Positions 11,666 through 25,360 of a stretch of DNA of 64,000 bases are shown in pieces (position 1 is the stretch's first letter; each line of letters opens with the position of its first letter). This stretch comes from Eledone cirrhosa (lineage: Eukaryota). Under the pieces are notes generated by a model, which was not told the DNA's origin, searched no databases, and worked only from the letters and a program-made list of their open reading frames with translations. The position numbers and the translations under genes are program-made. The DNA lies in NCBI GenBank assembly GCA_964016885.1, contig OZ024744.1, positions 55,862,001 to 55,926,000 of the forward strand, in the 5' to 3' direction.

Positions 11666-11910
11666 ATCATCATCATCATCATCACCGTTTTACGTCCGTT
11701 CTTCCACGCTAGCATGGGTTAGACGGGTTGTCCTGTTGTGGGCAGTGTCTGGTCGGCTGACCATGCCTTGCTCATACAGGAACTGATCTGGCTTGATTTC
11801 TACAGCTGGATGCCCTTCCTAACACCAACCTCATTTACAGTGAGTGCTGGGTGCTTTTTCGTGGCGCCTACACGTCCACTTTACAGTGTGGGCTGGGTGC
11901 TTTTGTGGGC
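11666..11910 (-). mobile_element. RTE family C 3'UTR fragment
   Basis: Reverse complement of ~14845-15075, with a (CAT)n tail on the plus strand. Confidence 0.9.
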
Positions 11911-11984
11911 TATATATACATATATATATATATAAATATATATACATATATATAAATATATATACATATATATAAATATATATA

Positions 11985-13800
11985 CATCATCATCATCATC
12001 ATCATCATCAGGTTTAGCGTCCGTATTCCACGCTTGCATGGGTTTGGACGGGGGTTTTCCCACTTGAGGCAAGAGTGGTTGTCTTGCTCGCATAGGACTG
12101 TCTGGCGGGTTTTCTACAGTTGGATGCCCTTCCTAACACCAACCACATTTACAGTGTGGGGCTGGGAGGTTTTTACCGTGTTGCCTACACGGCCACATTA
12201 CAGCGTGGACTGTCTGGCGGGTTTTCTACAGCTGGATGCCCTTCCTAACACCAACCACATTTACAGTGTGGGGCTGGGAGGTTTTTACCATGTTGCCTAC
12301 ACGGCCACATTTACAGCGTGGACTGTGTGTTTTTTGTCGTGACACCTACACGATCTCATTTGTTTCGGCCTGGATGTTGTGGGACCAACATAACTTTACA
12401 TTGAAAGGGGCGGTGTGGGTGGGGTGGAGGTGGTGGGACGGGGGTGTGTTTTGATAGAGGTGCCTACTGACTGTAGTAGGTTTTTACTTTGTATTTAGGT
12501 AAGGCGGGTCTTCTCTATTACTGAGTACCGCCAAAGGTCTCGGTCCAGTGACATTGTCTTGGAGAGGTGTAAGCGTGTGAGGTCGGAATTTATCAGCTCG
12601 TCCCATGTTTTTCTGGGTCTGCCTACTCCGTGGCTACCGTCTATCTTTATTGCCCTGCACTTTGTTATACAGCTGTCGTCTTTCATGCGCATCACGTGAC
12701 CGTACCAACGTAGCCTTCTCTCGAGTAAACAACATCTGATCCCTCTTTTTTCTAATTTTTTCCTTAGTTCGTTTATGCTTTGCCGTTCGCGTATATTACT
12801 ATTGCACATCCAGCGGAGCATGCAAGCTTCGTTCCTCTCTAGTCTGCGTATATCCTCTGCACACAATGCCCAGGTCTCACTGCCATGCAGCATTGCTGTT
12901 CGTATGCAGGCATCGTATAACCTGCCTTTCATTTTTAGGGAGAACCCTCTAGCGGCTAATAGTGGCATAAGCTCTCTGAACTTTTTCCATCCAGTTCTGA
13001 CTCTAGCTACTGTACTTTCAGAGCACCCTCCCCCACTGCTGATTTTGTCACCCAGATAACGGAAGCTGTCCACTATTTCTATAGAACCCTCTGCGCAGTT
13101 GAAGGAGCTAGTATTTTGTGGGCACTTGCTGCTACTTATTGCACCAGAGCACCGGCCACATGTAAAATCTATGTTCTTAGTTAGCTTACCTGTGATCCCA
13201 CTACATCTTTTATGCACCCATACTTTGCATTTGGGACATAAAATGGAGTTTCTACCTACGCCTTTCCTACACACTGAGCATGGCCATTTCCCCGATGGGA
13301 CCGCCGCCTTATTTTCTTTCCTACAAACTAGAACTTTAGTCTTAGCCAGGTTAATTTTAAGGCCTTTTGATTCTAGGCCGTGCTTCCACGTTTGGAATTT
13401 CTTCTCTAGTTCGGTCATTGATTCAGCTATGAGCGTTAGATCATCTGCGTATAGGAGTTCCCATGGGCAGCCGGTCTTGAACTCCTCTGTTATAGCCTGA
13501 AGGGCAATAATAAATAGTAGGGGGCTAAGTACAGAGCCCTGATGGACACCAACTTTTACGCTAAACTCTTCACTATATTCGTTGTTAATTCTAACCTTAC
13601 TGACTGTTTCTTTATACATGGCTTGTATAGCTCTCACAAGCCATTCGTCAACACCTAGTTTTCTAAGAGACCACCAGATAATGGAACGGGGGGCTCTGTC
13701 GAAGGCTTTCTCCAAGTTGACAAAAGCTAAGTATAGGGGTTTACTTTTAGCTAGGTACTTCTCCTGTAGTTGTCGTACAATGAAAAGAGCGTCTGTGGTA
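11985..13800 (-). mobile_element. RTE family A, 5'-truncated copy 3 with an uninterrupted ~435-codon RT C-terminal frame
   Basis: ORF 12495-13829 contains GVHQGSVLSP, YADD, the PHD-type insert and RLRWYGHV with no stops. The first ~10 aa of the ORF call come from the TA flank. The 3'UTR has a ~110-bp internal duplication (~12097-12320). Confidence 0.95.
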
Positions 13801-13904
13801 CATATATATATATATAAATATATATACATATATATAAATATATATATATATACATATATATAAATATATATACATATATATAGAAAGAATAGACTAGATA
13901 TATA

Positions 13905-15080
13905 GACTAGAAAGAAAGGGTCTCAAAGTCAACATGACAAAGACTAAGATCCTTGTAAGTAGACGAGAAAACAGAATCTAGATCCCCTCAGGGAAATGGC
14001 CTTGCTCAGTATGTAGGAAAGGTGTAGGTAGGAACTCCATTCTCTGCCCCAAATGCAAACAATGAGTCCACAAGAGATGTAGCGCTATCTCAGGAAACTT
14101 AAGAATGTAGGCTTCACATGCAGCAGCTGTGCTGGGACAGCAAGCAGCAAACAGTCACAGGAAACAAGTACCACCAATCTCTGGGAAGGCTCTGTAGAAA
14201 CAGTAGACAGCTTCTGCTACCTAGGTGACCGAATTAGCAACGGAGGGGGGTGCTCAGAAAGTACAATAACTAGGGTAAGAACGGGATGGAAGAAGTTTAG
14301 GGAACTACTACCACTGCTAGCTGCAAAAGGCTTCTCCCTCAGAATGAAAGGCAGACTGTATGATGCGTGTATCCGAACAGCGATGTTGTATGGTAGTGAG
14401 ACCTGGGCACTGAAGGTGGAAGACTTACGTAGATTAGAGAGAAACGAAGCCTGCATGCTCCGATGGATGTGTAACAGTAATATACGTGAACGACAAAGCA
14501 TAAATGAATTGAGAGAGAGACTGAGCATAAGAGGAATCAAATGCTGTGTGCAGGAGAGGCGGTTGCGCTGGTATGGACATGGACATGTGATGCGTATGAA
14601 GGATGACAGCTGCATAAAAAGAAGTCGATGGAAACCGCAGAGTGGGGAGACCCAAGATGACCTGGGATGAGGTGATAAAAGCCGACCTTACCCAATTACA
14701 CCTCTCAAAGGCAATGACACGCGACCGTGACCTCTGGGGTCACGCAGTAATACAGAGTACCCGACCTCCCATGGGTACAAGCTGAAGCATATAGACAATA
14801 TGCCCCCACACCTCCCACCGCAAGGTGGTCGTGGAGGTGCCACGGCAAAAAAGCACCCAGCCCACACTGTAAATTGGACGTGTAGGCGCCACGAAAAAGC
14901 ACCCACTGTAAATGAGGTTGGTGTTAGGAAGGGCATCCAGCTGTAGAAATCCAGCCAAATCAGTTCCTGTATGAGCAAGGCATGGTCAGCCGACCAGACA
15001 CTGCCCACAACAGGACAACCCGTCTAACCCATGCTAGCATGGAAGAACGGACGTAAAACAGTGATGATGATGGTGATGAT
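13905..15080 (+). mobile_element. RTE family C, 5'-truncated copy
   Basis: Homologous to 40345-41491; frameshifted RT C-terminus and GAT tail. Confidence 0.92.
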
Positions 15081-18000
15081 ACATTACATACATATATAAA
15101 TATATATGCATTATACATATATAAATATATATGCATTATACATATATAAATATATATGCATTATACATATATAAATATATATGCATTATACATATATAAA
15201 TATATATGCATTATACATATATAAATATATATGCATTATACATATATAAATATATATGCATTATACATATATAAATATATATGCATTATACATATATAAA
15301 TATATATGCATTATACATATAAATATATATACATTATACATATATAAATATATATACATTATACATATATAAATATATATACATTATACATATATAAATA
15401 TATATACATTATACATATATAAATATATATACATTATACATATATAAATATATATACATTATACATATATAAATATATATACATTATACATATATAAATA
15501 TATATACATTATACATATATAAATATATATACATTATACATATATAAATATGTATACATTATACATATATAAATATGTATACATTATACATATATAAATA
15601 TGTATACATTATACATATATAAATATATATACATTATACATATATAAATATATATACATTATACATATATAAATATATATACATTATACATATATAAATA
15701 TATATACATTATACATATATAAATATATATACATTATACATATATAAATATATATACATTATACATATATAAATATATATACATTATACATATATAAATA
15801 TATATACATTATACATATATAAATATATATACATTATACATATAATATATATACATTATACATATAATATATATACATTATACATATAATATATATACAT
15901 TATACATATAATATATATACATTATACATATAATATATATACATTATACATATAATATATATACATTATACATATAATATATATACATTATACATATAAT
16001 ATATATACATTATACATATAATATATATACATTATACATATAATATATATACATTATACATATATATATGCATTATACATAAATAAATATGCATTATACA
16101 TAAATAAATATGCATTATACATATATAAATATATATGCATTATACATATATAAATATATATGCATTATACATATATAAATATATATGCATTATACATATA
16201 TAAATATATATGCATTATACATATATAAATATATATGCATTATACATATATAAATATATATGCATTATACATATATAAATATATATGCATTATACATATA
16301 TAAATATATATGCATTATACATATATAAATATATATGCATTATACATATATAAATATATATGCATTATACATATATAAATATATATGCATTATACATATA
16401 TAAATATATATGCATTATACATATATAAATATATATGCATTATACATATATAAATATATATGCATTATACATATATAAATATATATACATTATACATATA
16501 TAAATATATATACATTATACATATATAAATATATATACATTATACATATATAAATATATATACATTATACATATATAAATATATATACATTATACATATA
16601 TAAATATATATACATTATACATATATAAATATATATACATTATACATATATAAATATATATACATTATACATATATAAATATATATACATTATACATATA
16701 TAAATATATATACATTATACATATATAAATATATATACATTATACATATATAAATATATATACATTATACATATATAAATATATATACATTATACATATA
16801 TAAATATATATACATTATACATATATAAATATATATACATTATACATATATAAATATATATACATTATACATATATAAATATATATGCATTATACATATA
16901 TAAATATATATGCATTATACATATATAAATATATATGCATTATACATATATAAATATATATGCATTATACATATATAAATATATATGCATTATACATATA
17001 TAAATATATATGCATTATACATATATAAATATATATGCATTATACATATATAAATATATATGCATTATACATATATAAATATATATGCATTATACATATA
17101 TAAATATATATGCATTATACACATATATGCATTATACACATAAATATATATGCATTATACACAAATATATATGCATTATACATATAATATATATGCATTA
17201 TACATATATAAATATATATGCATTATACGTATATAAATATATATGCATTATACGTATACAAATATACATGCATTATACGTATATAAATATATATGCATTA
17301 TACGTATATAAATATATATGCATTATACATATATAAATATATATGCATTATACATATATAAATATATATGCATTATACATATATAAATATGCATTATACA
17401 TATATAAATATGCATTATACATATATAAATATGCATTATACATATATAAATATGCATTATACATATATAAATATGCATTATACATATATAAATATGCATT
17501 ATATATATATATAAATATGCATTATATATATATAAATATGCATTATATATATATAAATATACATATATAAATATATATGCATTATACATATATAAATATG
17601 CATTATACATATATAAATATGCATTATATATATATAAATATGCATTATATATATATAAATATGCATTATATATATATAAATATGCATTATATATATATAA
17701 ATATGCATTATATATATATAAATATGCATTATATATATATAAATATGCATTATATATATATAAATATGCATTATATATATATAAATATGCATTATATATA
17801 TATATATATGCATTATATATATATATATATGCATTATATATAAATATATATGCATTATATATATATAAATATATATGCATTATATATATATAAATATATA
17901 TGCATTATATATATATAAATATATATGCATTATATATATATAAATATATATGCATTATATATATATAAATATATATGCATTATATATATATAAATATATA

Positions 18001-19498
18001 TGCATTATATATATATAAATATATATGCATTATATAAATATAAATATATATGCATTATATAAATATAAATATATATGCATTATATAAATATAAATATATA
18101 TGCATTATATAAATATACATATATGCATATATACATATATAAATATATATGCATTATACATATATAAATATATATGCATTATACATATATAAATATATAT
18201 GCATTATACATATATAAATATATATGCATTATACATATATAAATATATATGCATTATACATATATAAATATATATGCATTATACATATATAAATATATAT
18301 GCATTATACATATATAAATATATATGCATTATACATATATAAATATATATGCATTATACATATATAAATATATATGCATTATACATATATAAATATATAT
18401 GCATTATACATATATAAATATATATGCATTATACATATATAAATATATATGCATTATACATATATAAATATATATGCATTATACATATATAAATATATAT
18501 GCATTATACATATATAAATATATATGCATTATACATATATAAATATATATGCATTATACATATATAAATATATATGCATTATACATATATAAATATATAT
18601 GCATTATACATATATAAATATATATGCATTATACATATATAAATATATATGCATTATACATATATCAATATATATGCATTATACATATATCAATATATAT
18701 GCATTATACATATATCAATATATATGCATTATACATATATCAATATATATGCATTATACATATATAAATATATATGCATTATACATATATAAATATATAT
18801 GCATTATACATATATAAATATATATGCATTATACATATATAAATATATATGCATTATACATATATAAATATATATGCATTATACATATATAAATATGCAT
18901 TATACATATATAAATATATATGCATTATACATATATAAATATGCATTATACATATATAAATATATATGCATTATACATATATAAATATGCATTATACATA
19001 TATAAATATGCATTATATATATATAAATAAATATGCATTATACATATATAAATATGCATTATATATATATAAATAAATATGCATTATACATATATAAATA
19101 TGCATTATATATATATAAATAAATATGCATTATACATATATAAATATGCATTATATATATATAAATAAATATGCATTATACATATATAAATATACATTAT
19201 ATAAATAAATATGCATTATATATATATAAATATGCATTATATAAATAAATATGCATTATATAAATAAATATGCATTATATATATATAAATATGCATTATA
19301 TATATATAAATATGCATTATATATATATAAATATGCATTATATATATATAAATATGCATTATATATATATAAATATGCATTATATATATATAAATATGCA
19401 TTATATATATATAAATATGCATTATATATATATAAATATGCATTATATATATATAAATATATATGCATTAATATATATAAAATATATGTATATATATG
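15081..19498. repeat. ~4.4-kb AT-rich minisatellite (25-bp unit TATACATATATAAATATATATGCAT, with 21- and 22-bp variants)
   Basis: Period read directly from the sequence; homogeneous blocks of GCAT or ACAT variants and of shorter units. Confidence 0.97.
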
Positions 19499-20371
19499 TT
19501 AAGTATTTCCATAGAAAAGGTAAAGGAAAGAACAGTGCTCTATGTATAGTACAGAGCTATTTATTATATAATAAACATGATAAACATTTAATTATATAAT
19601 AAACATATGATTATGTATAAGAGAGAGAGAGAGCAAGAGAGAGAGGAGAGAGAGAGAGGGAGAGGAGAGAGAGAGAGTATAATGAGAAAAATGAGAAAAC
19701 TCAACATAATAACTTAAAAGAGCAAAATGCCATCAATGACTGTCGAATAAAATTACCTCAAAGGACAGAAATCAGAGAAGAAAGAGAAAGGTCGGAAGAA
19801 GAGGAAAAGAAAAGAAGCAGCTTCTTTTCTTTTCCTAATCTTCCATTCTTACTCTTTCTCGCCCACTTTTCTCATCCCCCTTCTCCTACCCACCACTCCT
19901 GCTTGCCACTTCTGACACTCCAGGGCTTTTGTTGTCCTTTCTAGCAGCGACTTGGTGCTAATAGGATGCACTTTACTCCTCTCTCTGATCTGTCTGCCCG
20001 ATTTGTTTATTTTATCATGCTCACATCATACCAACAGAAATATTTATTTTTCTGTTGGACGAGCCAGCAATTTTATGTGGTACTCTCAATTTAAATTGTG
20101 CAAAACCACAGCCGGTATGAGAGCTGATGAAGTAAAAAGATCCCTTCTATCCACTGATTTCTATCCTTTGAAGTACTTTTACCCGATGCTGTCATTGGTG
20201 GCACTTTGCTGTTTTAACAGCTATTCTTACATTGGGTTTTCTCTTTATTCTATGTATTCTAATATGCTTACGCTCCTTCTCAGCCTTTGACAACATTGTT
20301 TATTTATATATACATACATACATACACACACATATATATACACACACAAACACAAACACATACATACGTGC

Positions 20372-20420
<49 letters not shown>

Positions 20421-22224
20421 ACAAGGATAGATATTCAAGTAATATGATGTCTGTAATATTTCAAGCTCAATGTATCATAATTCCACAATCAGCAAAATAA
20501 GATTGATCTTATGAAAAATCCAAAGGCATTAATGAAATAAAAAAATCCAAATTTACGTAAATCCAACAAGTTGTATGAATGTAAGTGGTACAGAACACTT
20601 AAGATATTAATGTAGAAAAAGCAAAGATGAAAAATTATGTTATTTTATTCTTCTGACATACCAGGTGTGTCAGAAAAGTAACAGGCCTTAGTGTTCTATG
20701 AGGTGTAGGGATTAACGGGTTGCATTACCATGTAATGTAATATCCGGGGAGCTCTCTAGCCATTGTATATTTTTTCATACTTTCGTTAACAGCTCCTCAA
20801 TTTTAGGCCATCAAGCAATGGACACAGAGCAACAAACCAACCTCAAGACCACACTACACCAAAACGGGCCGACAGATTTTTCCTTATTTAAACCTTATCT
20901 ATAACTTTCATTAATAAGCAGATATTTAGAACAGGAGTTATGTCCCTTTATGATCCGAGTTCAAATCCCGCCGAGGTTAAATTTGCCTTTCATCCTTATG
21001 GGGGTCGATAAAATAAAGTACCAGTAATACACTGGGTATTTGCTGGCCTTGTGCCAAAAGTAGAAACAATTATTTAACAAAATTATTATGAAAGGATTTA
21101 ATATGAGGATAAACATTTAAAAATCGGCAGTGTATATCCTAAATCAGAGGGGTTGGTATAAAAAGGGTTAAAATCCTCCACTAGAATGAGATACAAACCT
21201 GACCCCCATGACAAAGTTTTTAATATGCATAACTGAAAAATAAAGAGCAATCAATACAGAAGCCAAGACACAAACTAAGTATCATTACTGACACTATAGG
21301 ATTCATATGAAGATCTATCTGAGACAACTGCAGCTCTCTAAGCCACCATAAAAGGCTGCAGATGCTATTGTTTTCACCTACACTTTCTAATTACACCACA
21401 AGAAATATAACAGGAACCTACCGTGGCAATAACAGATACCAAGCAGGACAGTCATCATAAAAGACTTTTGAAATGGTAGAACCGTATGTTGTGACAGAAA
21501 GCACTCATAGAAACTTATTAAACATTTTTGTTACCATATTACTGATGAAATACATCAACTATAGTTTTCAAATAATTTTGAAAAAAAAAAAAAGTATTTG
21601 GAGAGATTTAGTTAAGTAACTTTGTTATTAAGCTGGTGTTTGGAATAAAACAAACATTCTTACATAAAATTGGTTTTGATAATGAGTGTTCAATCAAAAG
21701 AACACCCTGCTCATGATAGTCATGTAAATGACTGAGCATTCTACAGGATGAATACCCTTAATGTAATTTTCAGAGATATACAACTGATACAGTATGTGAT
21801 AAAGCTGGTCCTTTTAACCACCTATACACACACTATCCAGGGTCCCCATTTAGCCTCTATTTCTACTCTAGATCACCCCCTTTTAAATCCTGATACACCA
21901 GTCATGACCCTCTACCTCCCAGTAACTGTTATCACCACAGTACTTTCCCTTCAGCCTAATGCCTCCTATCCCATCCACCACACCTTACCCTGTCAAGTCC
22001 TCCCCTTCACATTTGGCACCTGCCAATAGGGAAGAGAGGGCTCTTCAGCTGAGTCAATGATGACAACCTCTCTAGTGCCAGTGCACCGATAAATGCACCC
22101 AGTACACTGTAATGTGGTTGGCGAAAAGAAGGGCACTTGCCTGTAGAAATCATGCCAAAAAGAGTCAAGTGGACTCTTTAGTTGTGCTAGGGACCTGATA
22201 ACCTCTCTAATGCTGGTGGTCTAC

Positions 22225-22440
22225 ATACATCATCAACCTCCACACTTGCATGAGTTAGAGGGGTTGTCACATTATGAAATAAGTTAGGTCAAGTGACCAC
22301 ATCATGCTCATACAGATCTCTATTTCAGCTTGGTTTCCACAGTTGGATGTGCTTCCTAACACCAACCACTTCAGTGTGGATTGGGTGCTTTTTATTGTGG
22401 CACCAAAATAACCATCTAACAGGGAGGACTGTCTACACAC
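22225..22440 (-). mobile_element. Older RTE-related 3'UTR element; an inverted partner copy lies at ~23650-23935(+)
   Basis: CACACTTGCATGAGTTAGAGGGGTTGTC here is the reverse complement of GACAACCCCTCTAACTCATGCAAGTGTG at 23881. Confidence 0.75.
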
Positions 22441-25057
22441 AACAATCAATAAACACACCCAGTTCGTTCTGTAAAGTAGCTGGTGACAAGAAGGACACCC
22501 ACTGTAGAAAATCTGCCAAACAAATGGTTGGCAAGACTCTTTAGTTGCACCATAAACATGACAACCTCCCAAGTGTTGGGGATTTACATGATAAATACTC
22601 CTAGTACACTCTGTAAAGTGGGTGGTGATAGGAAGGACATCCAACTATAGAAAATTTATCAGAAAAAGGATCAGGAAAACTCTTCAGCTATGCCAAGAAC
22701 ATTACATGTTTTTTAATGTTGGTAACATGATAAAATGCACACAGTCTGTGATAACATGTCTAATACTTGCTAGCAGGGAAAATGGATGATGATGATAACT
22801 TTAAAAAAAAAAAAAAAAAAAAAAAAAGCTTGTATATTCCCGGCGTTTGCAGTCTCGATTATCACAGCATTTTCCTCAGAACCTAACTAATAATTGTTCG
22901 TGGAAACCACCACATATTCGCGGAATCGTAAATATCTTCTATGGTTATTTTATGGCTTTTTTCATGGCAAAATATATTTTTCACTCTTTTTAACACTAAA
23001 TTATTTATAACAATATACAGCATTTGCCAGCCTGTATTTTAGTTTTGATGTTTATAGGCATTTTTATGAACCACGTCTAATATTCGCAGTTTTTCACTCT
23101 TCGCGGGTGCTCTAGGAACATAACCCCTACAATTACCGGGGGAGGGGGAAAGACATGAAAAAAAAAAAAAAAAAAAAAAAAAAAACAGCTTGGTATATGT
23201 AAAAAAAAAAAAAAAAAATAAAAAAAATAAAAAAAAAAAAAAAACAGGAGTGGTTTCAAGTGATTTGATATTGAAAGAGTTAAAATATGCTGAATTCTCT
23301 CTCCTACTTTCCTACCTCAGATCTACTTTTAACGTCATAATATGATCGATTTGACCTTGGGGAAGTGATAATTGTTTTATTATATTGCACTGAAATGATA
23401 TGAAAGAACAGTAAGGAACACCTGCAGATATATATTCCCAATACAGCAAGTGTATCTTTCCATATTCATTCTTTAAACCTCTTTGATACCAATTGGCCTA
23501 AAATCACCCATTTAAAAAAAAATCTTTCAACATAACTTGCTATAAATTAATTTACAAATACAATCTTAGAAATGAAAATAATTTTAGTAAATCCTTCCAA
23601 ATACTTTAATAATTAATTCAAATACAATATATTTGAAATTAAAATTACAATTAAACAAAAAACAAAGCACCCAGCCCACCCTGTAAGGAGGTCAAGCTGG
23701 TGACAACCAAAAAAGTACACAGTCCTCCTGGTTAGATGGTTGTTTTGGTGCCATGATAAAAAGCACACAATCCACACTGTAAAGTATTGGTGTTAGGAAC
23801 ATCCAGCCCTAGAAACCAAGCCAAAATACAGATCCATGTGAGCATGATGTGGTCACCTGACCTAACTCGTTTCATAATATGACAACCCCTCTAACTCATG
23901 CAAGTGTGGAAGAATAGATGTTAATGGATGATGATATCTGTCATTAGGAATATGGTCATGAAAGGGTTCAAGTATAACACTACTCAGTGTTGATTCATAT
24001 AAATCCTATTCCCCCAAAGATCTATCAGTAACAGTTAGACCAAGGTTCACTAAGGAGATCCAATAATACCAAAACATGCCTGGAGTTGTCCCCACACTGC
24101 TTAAAAAACAAACTCACTCTCCACGGCATTGTATATTTAAATAGATTTAATTTAAATTCCAAGTTTGTCTGCCTTGCTTTTCTTGACCAGAGTTAATTTA
24201 AAATAATGATTTGTTCTCATCTCTAAAGGTGTAATTTTAATTAATTAAAATTTCTTGGCTTAATACATTAACTATGTTAATGATCACTTAATTACCCAAT
24301 TGCAGATGTGCCAATAAAGAGGGGTAGGGGGCTCTATGTGGTTGATCAAACTTTGAAAAATAGGTAAACGCTTCCTTTAAATCACACCATATTGTCTAAA
24401 GTAAATAAACATGTTAGATATTGTCCTAGATAATCTCAAAAAGATAGGATAGGGACAGCTGGAATAACTTTGAACATATGTCAACTTAATCAAGGCTGAC
24501 CTAGGGCTAAACAATAACAAGAAGGAAAGAAGGGATGGACCTATGTTTTGTATTCTAGTTGTTTGATCAACAGGACAGCCTGCTCATGAAATTGACAAAT
24601 AGTTAAGTATTCTACATACATGTGTATCCTTAACATAATTCGCAGAGATATACAACGTGACACACAATGTGAGAAAGCTGGCCCTCTGAATTACAGGTAC
24701 AATTCATTCGATGAGATTCCATACAGTTTCTGCCTACCCAATTTCACTCTCAATGAGTGGATCAACACAGGGCTATGGTAAATGACATTTTCCCAAGATG
24801 CCACACAGTGGGATCAAACCTCATACCTTATGATTGCAAAGTGAGCTTAACCATTCAGGCATGCTGCATCCCAAAAGAATAACATGATAAATACCCTCAT
24901 TACCAACATTCAATTCAATTCACAGTTTAACTTTAATATCCTGTACCACATGAAACATCACTATGACTACATTACACTAAAAATTAAAATCTTTCCTCCT
25001 ATGTGGTAAACTTTCAAAATAATCAGTCAATTAGGAAGAATAAAGACCCCCAAATGA

Positions 25058-25360
25058 CCATGGGATTTGCACCTAGAAAGTTTCCCTCCGAGGCACAAGT
25101 CCAGGCAAGCTTGTTTATGGAAGACCAGCAGTCACCCATGCTTACTAGTTTCTCCTCTCCACACCACCGATGTTGTCCTTGGGAAAGGCAATGGCTGATA
25201 CAGCTTGACACCAGTGACGTCGCAACTCATTTCTACAACTGAGTAAACTGGAGCAATGTGAACTAAAGTGTCTTTCTCAAGGACACAATGCATCACCTGG
25301 TCTGAGACTTGACCTAACAACCTCCTGGTTGCAAGCCCAATGCTCTAACCACTAAACCAC
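25058..25360 (-). mobile_element. tRNA-derived SINE with the S3 head and core but a different tail
   Basis: Head and core (GTGGTTAGAGCATTGGGCTTGCAACC...ATTGCTCCAGTTTACTCAG.TGTAGAAATGAG) are shared with 10103-10240; the downstream sequence is unrelated. Confidence 0.8.

Noticed and set aside
7753-15080. Prokaryotic RT system (retron, DGR or group II intron)
   Set aside because: All RT sequences are APE-linked RTE LINEs with GAT tails inside a spliceosomal intron.
17085-19599. Y/I/M/H-rich ORFs
   Set aside because: Translations of the AT minisatellite. The same applies to the ORFs over TA/CA tracts at ~45170, 51440 and 54100-54970.
20660-20850. Possible mariner left end (TA-CCAGGTGTGTCAGAAAAGT, MDTEQQTNLK)
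   Set aside because: No matching right TIR or further transposase sequence was found; too weak to call.
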